Positions 17,826-27,927 of a DNA stretch of 64,000 nucleotides are shown piece by piece (position 1 is the stretch's first letter; each line of letters opens with the position of its first letter). The stretch covers positions 1 to 64,000 of the forward strand of contig JBGARZ010000026.1 in the NCBI GenBank assembly GCA_044229975.1, in the 5' to 3' direction. The DNA is from Polyangiales bacterium. Its GTDB lineage: Bacteria > Myxococcota_A > Polyangia > Polyangiales > Ga0077539. The notes under the pieces were generated by a model. That model was not told the DNA's origin, made no database searches, and saw nothing but the letters and a program-made list of their open reading frames with translations. A program made the translations under genes and the position numbers.

Positions 17826-18715
17826 GTGCGGGCTGGCTGGAGGCCCGCGAGAAGGGCGGTGTGCTCGGCATGCGGCTCGTCACATGGCTGTCCACCGCCT
17901 TCGGTCGCGCCCCGGCTCGCGCGGTGGTGTCCATCGTGTGCGCCTACTACGTGCTCCTGCACGGCGACGTCCGGCGCGCGTCGCGGTCGTACCTCTCGCG
18001 CCTGCACGAACAGGTCACCCTCGGGATGATCTACCGCCACGTGCGAACCTTCGGGCACTGCGCGCTCGATCGACTGTTTCTCCTCCGCGGGCGGCGCGAT
18101 CTCTTCACGCTGGAGAGCCACGGCACCGAGCTCTTGCGCGAGGCCCGCGAGGCCGGTCGCGGGGCCATCCTCCTCGGCGCTCACCTCGGCAGCTTCGAGG
18201 CACTGCGCGCGGTCGGCAACCAGCGCGAGTACCCCATCAACATCGTCGGGTACTTCCGCAACGCGCGCATGGTCAACGCCGTGCTCCAGTCGGCCGCGCC
18301 GGGGACGCTCACGCGCGTCATCGAGATCGACCCCGATGGCGTGGACTTCGTTCTTCGCATCAAGGAGCTCGTCCAGCGTGGGGAGTTCGTCGCCATCCTC
18401 GCCGACCGCGTGGGCCTCGGCGCGCGCACCGTCACCGCCGACTTCCTGGGCGCCCCGGCGCGCTTTCCCGCGGGCCCCTTCCTGCTCGCGGCGGCGCTGC
18501 GGTGTCCGGTCTTCCTGACGCTGGGCATCTTCCACGAGCCCGACCGCTACGACCTCTACTGCGAGCGCTTCGCCGACCCGTTGACGCTCGACCGCCGCAA
18601 TCGCGACGGCGACCTCGCGGAGTGGGCGCAGCGCTACGCTGAGCGCGTGGAGCACCACTGCCGCCTCGCCCCGGACAACTGGTTCAACTTCTACGACTTC
18701 TGGAGCGCCGGATGA
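17822..18715 (+). CDS. LpxL/LpxP-type acyltransferase (ApeJ C-half-like)
   Basis: GAHLGSFE, ILADR, FLG.PARFP.GPF, P.NWFNFYDFW. Confidence 0.9.
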   Translation: MSAGWLEAREKGGVLGMRLVTWLSTAFGRAPARAVVSIVCAYYVLLHGDVRRASRSYLSRLHEQVTLGMIYRHVRTFGHCALDRLFLLRGRRDLFTLESHGTELLREAREAGRGAILLGAHLGSFEALRAVGNQREYPINIVGYFRNARMVNAVLQSAAPGTLTRVIEIDPDGVDFVLRIKELVQRGEFVAILADRVGLGARTVTADFLGAPARFPAGPFLLAAALRCPVFLTLGIFHEPDRYDLYCERFADPLTLDRRNRDGDLAEWAQRYAERVEHHCRLAPDNWFNFYDFWSAG

Positions 18716-19359
18716 TCCCCGCCCGCCGTCGACTCGTCCTCGCGCTCGCCCTCGCGCCCACCGCCGCGCTCGCGCAGACCCCGCGTCGCGCCGCGCCGCC
18801 CACCCTCGAAGCGTTGCTCGCGCACTTCGCCTCGACGCCCGGATTGCACGCGCGCTTCCGCGAGGAGAAGCGCCTCCAGGTGCTGGCCATTCCGTTGGTG
18901 AGCGAAGGGGTGCTCGACTTCGCGCCGCCGGCCCGCCTCGCGCGCCGGACCACCCTCCCCGACGCGAGCACGCTCGTCGTCGACGGCCGCGAGCTGCGCT
19001 TCGGCGACGCCCGCGGCCAGCAGCGCATCGACCTCGACGCGCAGCCCGTGGTGCGGCAGTTCGTCGACAGCTTCGTCGCCATCGTGGCGGGCGACCGCGC
19101 GACGCTCGACCGAACCTACGCCAGCGACTACCGCCCCGGCGCGGGCGACGCCTGGGAGCTCACGCTGCGACCGCGCAGCGGCCCCGTGCAGCGGGCCTTT
19201 CGCGACATCGTCCTGCGCGGGCGCGGCTTCATCCTCGAACGCATGGCCATCCGCGAGACCAGCGGCGATGAGACCGTGACCACGTTTACCGAGGTCGACG
19301 ACGCGCGGCGCTACACGCCCGACGAGCTCGCCCGACTCTTCCGCGTCGACGCACGATGA
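18712..19359 (+). CDS. LolA-like periplasmic carrier protein (ApeL-like)
   Basis: Signal peptide; ARFREEK.L..L..PLVSEG, WELTLRP, E.SGD.T...F. Confidence 0.85.
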   Translation: MIPARRRLVLALALAPTAALAQTPRRAAPPTLEALLAHFASTPGLHARFREEKRLQVLAIPLVSEGVLDFAPPARLARRTTLPDASTLVVDGRELRFGDARGQQRIDLDAQPVVRQFVDSFVAIVAGDRATLDRTYASDYRPGAGDAWELTLRPRSGPVQRAFRDIVLRGRGFILERMAIRETSGDETVTTFTEVDDARRYTPDELARLFRVDAR

Positions 19360-21716
19360 GCCCGCGCGCGGTCCTGGCGCTGGGCGCCGCGCTGCTGCTG
19401 GCCATGGCGCTCTTCACCGCCACGCACCTCAAGGTCGGCGGCGACATCACCCACTTCCTCCCGGCCGACGCCGACGCGCAGCACGCCTACCTCTCCCGCG
19501 CCCTCGCCGGCTCCGAGCTCACGCGCACGATGATCCTCGCGGTGGGTGCGCCCGACGCCGACGACGCTGTCGCGAGTGCGCGCTCGCTCGCCGCCCGACT
19601 GCGCGCCCACCCCGAGGTGCGCTGGCTACAGTCCGGCCTCGACGAGTCCACCGGCGAGGAGGTCTACCGAACCTTCTTCCCGCGCCGCTCGTACCTGCTC
19701 TCCGAACACCCTGAGCAAGAGCTCCCGCCACGCCTCACCGACGAGGGACTCACCGCCGCCGCGCGCGAGGCCCGCCGTCGTCTCGGGGGCGTCGCCTCGC
19801 CGCTCGTGGCGCGCACCGTCGGCGCCGACCCGCTGCTGTCCTTCGCCGATCTCCTCGACCGCCTGAGCGCCGCCCGCCAGGAGTCGCTCACCGTCCGCGA
19901 TGGGCAGTTCGTCTCCGCCGACGGCCGCCACGCCGTGCTCTTCCTCGGGACGCGCCACTCGCCCTTCGACCCATCGACCCAGCGACCGCTGCTGCGCGCC
20001 ATCGACGACGCCTTCGCGACCCTCAACCGCGAGCACCACGGCGCGCTCACCCTCCAGCGCAGCGGGCTCAACCGCTTCGCCGTCGCCAGCGAGCGCCGCA
20101 TCCGCGACGACGTGCACCGCATCTCGATCGTCTCGACGCTGGGCATCGTCGCGCTCTTCCTCCTCGTGCACCGGTCGCTGCGTTACCTCGTCATCGCGGT
20201 GGTTCCGCTGGTGGCGGGGATGCTCCTCGCGACGACCGTGGGGCTGCTCGTCTTCGGCTCGCTCCACGGGCTCACGCTGGCCTTCGGGTCGTCGCTCATC
20301 GGCGTGTGCTTCGACTACCCCGTCTACGTCATCAACCACCACACGCTCTTCCCCGGCGCCACCGCGGAGGCGACCCTCGCCCGCATCTGGAGGGGCCTCC
20401 GCCTCGGCGCGCTCACCACCATCGGCGGTCTCGCCGGCCTCGCGTGGGCGAGCTTCCCTGGGCTGCGCGAGCTCGCCCTCTTCTCCGCCGTCGGCGTCGC
20501 GGGTGCCCTCGTGGCGACGCGCTTTCTGCTCACGCCGCTCATGCCGAAGCAGCCCATCCCGGTCGCCCTCCAGCGCCGATGGGCCGAGGGCCTGGCCCGC
20601 GCCGCGGGATCACTCCGAGAGCACCGCGGACGAGCGCTCGTGCCCACGCTACTCGCGCTCGCGGTATGCGCAGTGGGACTGCCGAGACTTCATTGGGTCG
20701 ACGATGCGCGCGTGCTCACCGAGGTCGACCCGGTGTTGCAGCGCGAGGACGAGGCCGTGCGCGCGCTGGTCTCGCGCGCCGACGGAGCCCGCGTGGTGGT
20801 GGCACTCGGCGACGACGACGAGCAGGCGCTGCGACGCAACGACGAGGTGTTCGGTCGCCTCCAGGCTGCCCGCGAAGCCGGTGCGCTCGACAACTTCCGC
20901 TCGCTCCACACGCTGCTCTGGTCGCCGGATCTCCAACGACGCAACCGCGCCCGGCTCATGGCGCAGCCCGACCTCGCCGCGCGCGTCTCCGCTGCCTTCG
21001 CGCGGGAGGGCTTTCGCCCCGATGCCTTCGACGCCTTCGCGCGCGACCTGCGCGAGGCACCTCCGCCGCCGCTCGTCCACGCCGACCTGCAGCGCTCGTC
21101 GCTGGCCGAGCTGGTGCGGCCGTTTCGCATCCCGGTCGGGGCGCGCGTGGGCTACCTGACCTTCCTCTCCGGCGTGCGCGACGTCGGCGTGGTGCAACGG
21201 GCGGTCGCGTCGGTTCCGTCGGTCGAGTACTTCGAGCAGGGCGCCTTCCTGCGGGCGACCTACGCGCGCTACCGCCAACGAACGTTGCAGCTCGTGGGCG
21301 CCGGCCTGCTCGCGGTCTTCGCGCTCATCTACGCTCGCTATCGCCGCGTCGGGAGAGCCCTCTCGGCCTTCCTGCCCGCGGTACTCGGCTCGGCCACGGC
21401 GCTCGCGGTCGTCGGGTTGATCGGGGTCCCCGCCAACCTGATGCACCTGCTGGGTGTGCTGCTCGTGCTCAGCATGGGGGCTGACTACGGCATCTTCGTC
21501 ACCGAGACCGCGGCGCACCCTCGCGAGGCGCCTGCCACGCTGCTCAGCGTGGTCATCGCGTGCGTTGCGACGGTGCTCTCCTTCGGTCTGCTCGCCATGT
21601 CGACCAACCCCGCGCTGCGAGCCATCGGCCTCACCACGGGCATCGGCATGACCACCTGCATGCTGCTCGCTCCCCTCGCCCGCCTGCTGCTCGATGCCCG
21701 CCCGGAGGACCCGTGA
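19356..21716 (+). CDS. MMPL/RND-family transporter (ApeM-like)
   Basis: Two repeats of TM bundle plus periplasmic loop; FG.SLIGV..DY, L.MG.DY.IF, LSFGLLA.S..PAL..IG. Confidence 0.9.
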   Translation: MSPRAVLALGAALLLAMALFTATHLKVGGDITHFLPADADAQHAYLSRALAGSELTRTMILAVGAPDADDAVASARSLAARLRAHPEVRWLQSGLDESTGEEVYRTFFPRRSYLLSEHPEQELPPRLTDEGLTAAAREARRRLGGVASPLVARTVGADPLLSFADLLDRLSAARQESLTVRDGQFVSADGRHAVLFLGTRHSPFDPSTQRPLLRAIDDAFATLNREHHGALTLQRSGLNRFAVASERRIRDDVHRISIVSTLGIVALFLLVHRSLRYLVIAVVPLVAGMLLATTVGLLVFGSLHGLTLAFGSSLIGVCFDYPVYVINHHTLFPGATAEATLARIWRGLRLGALTTIGGLAGLAWASFPGLRELALFSAVGVAGALVATRFLLTPLMPKQPIPVALQRRWAEGLARAAGSLREHRGRALVPTLLALAVCAVGLPRLHWVDDARVLTEVDPVLQREDEAVRALVSRADGARVVVALGDDDEQALRRNDEVFGRLQAAREAGALDNFRSLHTLLWSPDLQRRNRARLMAQPDLAARVSAAFAREGFRPDAFDAFARDLREAPPPPLVHADLQRSSLAELVRPFRIPVGARVGYLTFLSGVRDVGVVQRAVASVPSVEYFEQGAFLRATYARYRQRTLQLVGAGLLAVFALIYARYRRVGRALSAFLPAVLGSATALAVVGLIGVPANLMHLLGVLLVLSMGADYGIFVTETAAHPREAPATLLSVVIACVATVLSFGLLAMSTNPALRAIGLTTGIGMTTCMLLAPLARLLLDARPEDP

Positions 21717-22345
21717 ACCGCCCCACCCTCGCCCTCGTCTTCGCCCTCGTGGTCGGGTGCCATCCGCCGCGAGGCGCGATGCCGATGGGCGATCACGACT
21801 ACCCCGGCGAGCTCGTGCCGACCTCCGAGATGGTGGGTGAGTTCGTGTTGCAGCAGCGCATCCACGCGCACTTCGGCGGACGCGAGGGTGGCTTCGAGGC
21901 GGTGCTCCAACGCCAGGGCGGGGCGCTCACGCTGGTGGGCATGACGCCCTTCCACACGCGGGCCTTCGTGATGGTGCAGCGCGGGGTGCAGACGGAGTTC
22001 ACGTCGCAGCTTCCCGAGGCGATGCCCTTCCCGCCGAGGGCGATGCTGCTCGACGCGCACCGGGTGTTGTTCATGGCGCTCGGGCCGGCGCCGATGAGCG
22101 ATGGCGAGCATCGGGGGCAGCGGGCGGGCGAGGAGATTCGCGAGGTGTGGTCGGGAGGGCGGCTGCGCGAGAGGCACTTCCGTCGGCTCGATGGGCACCC
22201 CGCGGGGAGCATCGACGTCGAGTACGAGGGCGGCATGGAGGGGCGGGTGGTTCCGCGCACGGTGCGGCTGCGCAACGGGTGGTACGGCTACGAGCTGACC
22301 ATCACGACGCTGTCGCAGACGGACCTCACCACCCGAGCGCCGTAG
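21713..22345 (+). CDS. Lipoprotein, DUF3261/ApeN-like
   Basis: GTG 21713 with GGAGG RBS; lipobox LVVGC; LTLVGMTPF..R.F, YELTI.TL; position after the MMPL gene. Confidence 0.75.
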   Translation: MNRPTLALVFALVVGCHPPRGAMPMGDHDYPGELVPTSEMVGEFVLQQRIHAHFGGREGGFEAVLQRQGGALTLVGMTPFHTRAFVMVQRGVQTEFTSQLPEAMPFPPRAMLLDAHRVLFMALGPAPMSDGEHRGQRAGEEIREVWSGGRLRERHFRRLDGHPAGSIDVEYEGGMEGRVVPRTVRLRNGWYGYELTITTLSQTDLTTRAP

Positions 22346-22351
22346 GCACGA

Positions 22352-22486
22352 CAGAAGGGGCCGCAAGGGGAAGAGTGTTTGTGGCAAGCGGCGCCTCGAA
22401 CTTGCGACGCGGTGCAAACGATCTGGACCTCTGACCAGTCATCCCTCTCTCCCTTGCGATCCCTGCGCCCTTGCGGCCTTTCTCTG
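22352..22486. repeat. Intergenic inverted-repeat element (REP/MITE-like hairpin)
   Basis: GGCCGCAAGGG (22359-22369) and CCCTTGCGGCC (22468-22478) form a perfect 11-bp IR with extensions; internal CCCTTGCG/CCCTGCG reiterations. Confidence 0.5.
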
Positions 22487-22586
22487 ACCGCGCTCGACGG
22501 TTCGCCAACCGAAGGGCGGAACTCACCAGGTCCGTGGTCGGCGCCCGCGCGCGGCTGCGTTGTAGAGTCCGCGCAGGAGATCACCG

Positions 22587-24473
22587 ATGACCACGCCGAC
22601 CATCACCAGCCTCGACGAGCACCGTGCGGAGTGGGAGGCGGCGCGGGACGATCCCGACGCGTTCTGGCTGGGCGTCGCGCGCGATCGGCTCGCGTGGGAG
22701 AGCACCCCGACCCAGGGGCTCGTCGGCGGCTTCGACACCATCGCCGACGCCCCGCTGACCTGGTTCGCCGACGGAACGCTCAACGCCACCGTGTCGTGCC
22801 TTGATCGCCACCTCGCGACGCGCGCCGAGCAGGTCGCGATCGTCTGGGAGGGCGACGAGCCCGGCGACGTGCGGCGGCTCACCTACCGCGAGCTCCACCG
22901 CGAGGTCTGCCGCGCCGCAAACGCCCTCGCAAAGCTCGGCGTCGGTCGCGGTGACCGGGTCATCATCTATATGGGGATGGTCCCCGAGGCGGCCGTCGCG
23001 ATGCTCGCGTGCGCGCGTCTCGGGGCGACGCACTCGGTGGTGTTCGGCGGCTTCTCGGCTGACGCGCTCGCGGGCCGTATCGCCGACTGCGGCCCGCGGG
23101 TGGTCGTCACCCAGGACAGCGGGCTGCGCGGCGGCAAGCGCATCCCGCTCAAGGCCATGGTGGACCGCGCCTGCGAGGCGTCACCCGTCGACGCGGTGCT
23201 CGTCTACCGGCGCACCGGCGACACGATCGGGTGGCAGTCGCCGCGCGACGTCTGGTGGCACGAAGCCCTCGCGGCCGCCGCCGACGAACACCCCGCGGAG
23301 ATCGTCCCGGCGGAGCACCCGCTGTTCATCCTCTACACCTCGGGGTCGACCGGGAAGCCGAAGGGCGTCGTGCACTCGACCGCCGGGTACCTCGCCTACG
23401 CGAGCTACACGCACGCGACGGTGTTCGGGCTGCGTGAGGGCGACGTCTACGCGTGCGTCGCCGACGTCGGCTGGATCACCGGCCACAGCTACATCGTCTA
23501 CGGACCGCTCGCCAACGGCACCACCACGCTGATGTTCGAGTCGGTGCCGACGTACCCCGACGCCGGGCGCTACTGGGACCTCGTCGCCCGCCACAAGGTC
23601 ACCATCTTCTACGGCGCACCGACGGCGCTGCGAGCGCTCGCAGGCGCTGGCGATCATTTCGTGACGGCGCACGACCGATCGTCGCTGCGCGTGCTCGGCA
23701 GCGTTGGTGAGCCCATCAATCCCGCCACCTGGAGGTGGTACCGCGACGTCGTCGGCGACGGTCGCTGCGCCGTGGTCGACACCTGGTGGCAGACGGAGAC
23801 CGGCGGCATGGCGATCAGCCCCGTCGCGGGTGTCACTGCGACCAAGCCGGGCTCGGCCACGCGGCCGCTGCCGGGCATCGTCCCGGCGCTACGCGGGGCT
23901 GATCACGCGGTGATCGAAGGCGAAGGCGACGGGCTGCTGTTTCTGGAGCAGCCGTGGCCGGGCATCGCGCGCACGGTGTGGGGCGACCACGCGCGCTTCG
24001 TGAAGACGTACTTCGCGGAGGTGGCGGGGCGGTACTTCACCGGCGACGGCTGCCGCCGCGACGCGGACGGCGACTACTGGATCACCGGCCGCGTCGACGA
24101 CGTGGTCAACGTGAGCGGCCATCGCATGGGGACGGCGGAGTTCGAGTCGGCGCTGGTGACGGTTCCGGGCGTGGTGGAGTCCGCGGTGGTGGGCTTTCCG
24201 CACGAGCAGAAGGGTCAGGGGGTGTTCGCGTTCGTGGTGGCGCCGGGCGCGTCGCCCGACCTCGCGGCCCTCGACGCGGCGTGCCGCAAGAGCATCGGGG
24301 CGCACGCGCGCATCGACCGGATGAAGCTCGTTCCGGGTCTGCCGAAGACGCGCTCGGGCAAGGTGATGCGGCGCATCCTGCGGAAGATTGCCGAAGCCGA
24401 CGGCGGCGACCCGGGTGACCTCGGCGACCTCTCGACGCTGGCCGACCCCGGCATCGTCGAACACCTTCGGTAG
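22587..24473 (+). CDS. acs: Acetyl-CoA synthetase (AMP-forming)
   Basis: LFILYTSGSTGKPKG, ADVGWITGHSYIVYGPL, VDTWWQTETGG, GRVDDV.NVSGHR, LPKTRSGK.MRR; AGGAG RBS. Confidence 0.95.
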   Translation: MTTPTITSLDEHRAEWEAARDDPDAFWLGVARDRLAWESTPTQGLVGGFDTIADAPLTWFADGTLNATVSCLDRHLATRAEQVAIVWEGDEPGDVRRLTYRELHREVCRAANALAKLGVGRGDRVIIYMGMVPEAAVAMLACARLGATHSVVFGGFSADALAGRIADCGPRVVVTQDSGLRGGKRIPLKAMVDRACEASPVDAVLVYRRTGDTIGWQSPRDVWWHEALAAAADEHPAEIVPAEHPLFILYTSGSTGKPKGVVHSTAGYLAYASYTHATVFGLREGDVYACVADVGWITGHSYIVYGPLANGTTTLMFESVPTYPDAGRYWDLVARHKVTIFYGAPTALRALAGAGDHFVTAHDRSSLRVLGSVGEPINPATWRWYRDVVGDGRCAVVDTWWQTETGGMAISPVAGVTATKPGSATRPLPGIVPALRGADHAVIEGEGDGLLFLEQPWPGIARTVWGDHARFVKTYFAEVAGRYFTGDGCRRDADGDYWITGRVDDVVNVSGHRMGTAEFESALVTVPGVVESAVVGFPHEQKGQGVFAFVVAPGASPDLAALDAACRKSIGAHARIDRMKLVPGLPKTRSGKVMRRILRKIAEADGGDPGDLGDLSTLADPGIVEHLR

Positions 24474-24477
24474 GGAG

Positions 24478-25617
24478 CTACCGCGTCTCGGCGACGCGGG
24501 AGAGGCGATCCCACAGGCGACCGGCCTCGGTCTTCAACCGACGACCGAGGGTCGGATCGAGTCGATGCAGCTCCTCTTCGTACTCGCGCGCGCTCTCGCG
24601 ATTGCAGGCGCCCCACAGGGTCGTGAGCTCACGATCGGACCAGTCGAGCGACGGGAACGGACGGCGACCGTCGGCTCGTCCAAACGCGGCGAAGCCGAGG
24701 TGCAGGTAGAGCGCGAGGCGACGGAAGTAGAGGTACTCGTCGGGCTTCGACTGGTACCCGAGGACGGGCGGCGTAAGGAGCTTCGCCATCGGAAACGGGA
24801 AGCGCTCGTAGTGGCTGGAGAACGCGAGGTTCCAGGTGGTGTAGAGGTCGGCCCACTGCCGCGCGAGGGGGAGGCCGAAGACGATCGACCCGCGGTCGGC
24901 GGAGAAGCGCGCGGGGGCGAGACCGGTGCGCGGATCTGCCACGTCGCGGGGGCGATTCACGAGGAGCGTGAGCCCGGCGCGGGCGTTGTCGACGTACCCG
25001 AGGCGCAGGTCTTCGACGATCGCTTCGAACACGTTGAGCGGGACGAGGACGCTGCCCATCGCGGGGTCGACGGTGCCGCGCTCGAAGGCGCGAATGTCAC
25101 GCGAGACCACCTGCTCGACGGTCGCGAACTTCACGCGATCGAAGGCCCGCAGCCCGCGTGCGGCACGTCCAGCGCTCTGCGCGCGGTAGTGCTCGTGGAC
25201 CTGCGCGTAGAGCCGCCAGTCGTCATGGAGCGCCCGCGTAAGTCGATCGAGCAGCACGAGGTAGGAGAGCGCCGACGTGACGACAGCGGACCGCTCAGGG
25301 TGCGCGAACGCGACGAACGAACGCTCCGAGGCCGCCATGACGAAGCGCGCGAGGTAGGGGTTGAGCGATGCGGCGTCGCGCACACGATCGATGACCACCG
25401 CGGGATCGAACGGTGCGAGCAGCCCGAGCGGCGCAAGCGCAGGGATCGCGAAGTGGCCGCGGGCATCGAGGAGGCGGAGCGTCTGGAGATGCTCGGTGAG
25501 CTCAGCGACGCCGTCGTAGCCCGAGGGGATCGAAGCGCGCACCCACGCCGCGGTGCGCTCGAACGCGTCGTCTCGAGGCCCGACCGGAGCCGCAGACTCC
25601 TGCACGATGGAGATCAT
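24478..25617 (-). CDS. Hypothetical protein, C-half weakly reminiscent of DUF5692-type proteins
   Basis: Good codon usage; motifs LNVFEAI..D, N..AG, W..LY..WN.AF, Y...R..AL. Family call from memory only. Confidence 0.6.
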   Translation of the reverse strand: MISIVQESAAPVGPRDDAFERTAAWVRASIPSGYDGVAELTEHLQTLRLLDARGHFAIPALAPLGLLAPFDPAVVIDRVRDAASLNPYLARFVMAASERSFVAFAHPERSAVVTSALSYLVLLDRLTRALHDDWRLYAQVHEHYRAQSAGRAARGLRAFDRVKFATVEQVVSRDIRAFERGTVDPAMGSVLVPLNVFEAIVEDLRLGYVDNARAGLTLLVNRPRDVADPRTGLAPARFSADRGSIVFGLPLARQWADLYTTWNLAFSSHYERFPFPMAKLLTPPVLGYQSKPDEYLYFRRLALYLHLGFAAFGRADGRRPFPSLDWSDRELTTLWGACNRESAREYEEELHRLDPTLGRRLKTEAGRLWDRLSRVAETR

Positions 25618-25639
25618 TGGAGACGCACCCAGCGAGTCG

Positions 25640-26239
25640 TCATCCGGCCTCCGTCAGATCAAACGCCCCCTCGTAGAGCTCATCGACACGCAGCGAGACG
25701 TCCACCGACGACAGCGAAAACACGCCGCCCTCGCGGTACTCGCGCAGGATCCATCCGCCGTCGGTGCTGCGCGCATAGTGTTCGGCGTGTGCGCCGTCGC
25801 CCGCGAGCATCACGTAGTCGCGCAGCGTCTCGATCGATCGATAGCCCTCGAATTTCTCCGAGCGGTCGAAGGCTTCGGTGCCGGGTGAGAGCACCTCCAC
25901 GATGGCGACGGGGTTGTCGATGGTGTCGCGAGTCCCGCTGTGAAGCACGGCCTTCCCGCAAACAATGGATACGTCCGGGTAGACGATGCCGCCCTTCGAC
26001 GGAACCCAGATCTTCTGATCGCTGTTGAACGGTCGACAACCGCGGGCTCGAAGCGCACTTCCAATCGCAATGAAGACGTTGCCAGAGATGGCGTTGTGCG
26101 CGGGGAGCGCGCCTGCCATCCCCCACATCGGGAAGATCTCGCCATCCCAGAGGATGTGCTTCTCCTGCGAAGCCTCCTCGAAGGCGAGGTACTCCTCGAT
26201 CGTCACCCGTCGCTTCAGCGCGGTCGCGTGCATCACCAT
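25640..26239 (-). CDS. Uma2-family PD-(D/E)xK endonuclease-like protein
   Basis: T.EEYL.FE, MAGA...HN.I, YPDVSIVC, VEVLSPGTE.FDR.EKF..YR.I.TL.DY; start could be 26233-26260. Confidence 0.92.
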   Translation of the reverse strand: MVMHATALKRRVTIEEYLAFEEASQEKHILWDGEIFPMWGMAGALPAHNAISGNVFIAIGSALRARGCRPFNSDQKIWVPSKGGIVYPDVSIVCGKAVLHSGTRDTIDNPVAIVEVLSPGTEAFDRSEKFEGYRSIETLRDYVMLAGDGAHAEHYARSTDGGWILREYREGGVFSLSSVDVSLRVDELYEGAFDLTEAG

Positions 26240-26281
26240 GATGGCGACCCTATCACGCACCCGTCGGAGCGTTTCCTCCGG

Positions 26282-27505
26282 TCACCGTCGCAGGATGATC
26301 GATGTGTTGATGCCGCCGAAGGCGAAGTTGTTGCTCATGACCACCGTCGGTCGCGACTCCCGCACATTGCCCATCACGTAGTCGAGCGGCGCGCACCGCG
26401 GGTCGACCCGCTCCAGGTTTCTCGTCGGCGGGAGAAACCCATCGCGCATCGCCGCGATCGCCACCGCCACCTCGATGGCCCCGCACGCGCCGAGCGTGTG
26501 ACCCATGTGCCCCTTGGTCGAGCTGACCGGGACGCCACCACCAAAGACGTCGTACGTCGCCTGCGCCTCGCACACGTCGCCAACGTCCGTCCCCGTCGCG
26601 TGCGCGTTGATGTACCCGACGTCCGACGGCGCGAGCCCCGCGTCGCGCAGCGCCCGTCGCATCGCGCCCGCCATGCCCTCGACGCTCGGTGCGGTGACGT
26701 GCGTGCCGTCGCAGTTGCTCGCGTAGCCGATGACCTCCGCGTAGACGCGCGCTCCGCGGGCCGCCGCGCGCTCCCAGGTCTCCAGCACGATGGTCCCGGC
26801 GCCCTCGCCGATGACGAGCCCGTCGCGCTCGGCATCGAAGGGGCGCGGACTCAGGTCGGGGCGCTCGTTGTAGCGGGTCGACGTCGCCATCATCAGGTCG
26901 AACACCCCCGCCGGGACGTAGTGAAGCTCCTCGGCGCCGCCGCAGATCATCACGTCCTGCGTGCCCGCGCGTAGGAGCTCGTAGCCGGTACCCACCGCGA
27001 GGCTGCCGCTCACGCACGCCGCGCACGTGGGCATCACCCTCCCGCGGATGCCGTAGTACTGCGCGAGGTTGGCCGCGCAGGTGTGGCTCATGAACTTCAG
27101 GTACGCCGTGCCCGACAACCCCTCCAGGCTCGTCGCCCCAAACAGCGGCCGACAGAACGCCTCCAGCGCCGCCGACGAGCCGTGCGTCGACCCGTACGCG
27201 AGGCCCAGCTCGTCGCGCGTGAGCTCCTCCGCGGTGAGCCCCGCGTCCGCGATGGCCTGCTGCGTGGCGTGCAGCGCGAGCATCCCCACGCGACCCATGG
27301 AGCGAACCTTCTTCCGCGGGTGCCCCGACAGGTCGACGCCCGTGACCTCGGCGCCGAGGCGCGTGCGGAGATGCGCGACCGCGTCCCAAGTGGGCTGCGT
27401 GCGAATGCCGTGGCGACCTTCTCGCAGTGCCAGCGAGAGCGCGTCGAGGTCGTTGCCGACGGGCGTCGCGAGCCCGACGCCGGTGATGACCACGCGCCGA
27501 CTCAT
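26282..27505 (-). CDS. Beta-ketoacyl-ACP synthase II-like (ApeR-like)
   Basis: RSMGRV, KFMSHT.A.N, AACVSGS, INAHATGT..GD, KGHMGHTLGACG, SNNFAFGGINT. Confidence 0.93.
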   Translation of the reverse strand: MSRRVVITGVGLATPVGNDLDALSLALREGRHGIRTQPTWDAVAHLRTRLGAEVTGVDLSGHPRKKVRSMGRVGMLALHATQQAIADAGLTAEELTRDELGLAYGSTHGSSAALEAFCRPLFGATSLEGLSGTAYLKFMSHTCAANLAQYYGIRGRVMPTCAACVSGSLAVGTGYELLRAGTQDVMICGGAEELHYVPAGVFDLMMATSTRYNERPDLSPRPFDAERDGLVIGEGAGTIVLETWERAAARGARVYAEVIGYASNCDGTHVTAPSVEGMAGAMRRALRDAGLAPSDVGYINAHATGTDVGDVCEAQATYDVFGGGVPVSSTKGHMGHTLGACGAIEVAVAIAAMRDGFLPPTRNLERVDPRCAPLDYVMGNVRESRPTVVMSNNFAFGGINTSIILRR

Positions 27506-27927
27506 GGCGCGACCGAGCCGTGAAAGATGCTGAGCTCACCGTCCGCCAGCAGTTCACCGTCGCGCCGAACCTCGCCGCGGTAGTGCCCGAGCTGCGTGTT
27601 GCCCGCGAGGCGACGCACCGTCACCAACAGCCGATCACCCGCGCTCGCGTGCGCCACGTGGAGGTTCACCTCTCGCGCGCCCACCACGTACCCGGAGCCC
27701 ACCGTGTCTCCGCGCTGCTGCGCCGCGTAGCCTGCGAGCGCCGCCACGGCCTGCGCCATGTACTCCAGTAACACCACCGCCGGGACCACGCCGTCCTCCA
27801 CGAAGGCCGCGCCCTCGCGCACCACCACCGCACACGTCGCGCTGTCGTCATCAAAGGCGAGCGCCTCGTCGAGCAGGATCATCGGCGCGCGGTGCGGCAC
27901 CAGGCTCGCGATGGGCGGGAGCATCAC
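27502..27927 (-). CDS. Hotdog-fold dehydratase (ApeP-like)
   Basis: LVPHRAPMILLD, LEYMAQAVAA, GYVVGAR. Confidence 0.9.
   Translation of the reverse strand: MMLPPIASLVPHRAPMILLDEALAFDDDSATCAVVVREGAAFVEDGVVPAVVLLEYMAQAVAALAGYAAQQRGDTVGSGYVVGAREVNLHVAHASAGDRLLVTVRRLAGNTQLGHYRGEVRRDGELLADGELSIFHGSVAP

Noticed and set aside
22587..24473. acs as the missing APE starter (aryl-ACP) ligase
   Set aside because: The sequence retains canonical acetyl-CoA synthetase signatures including DTWWQTE, indicating a small acetate pocket; there is no evidence for aryl specificity.
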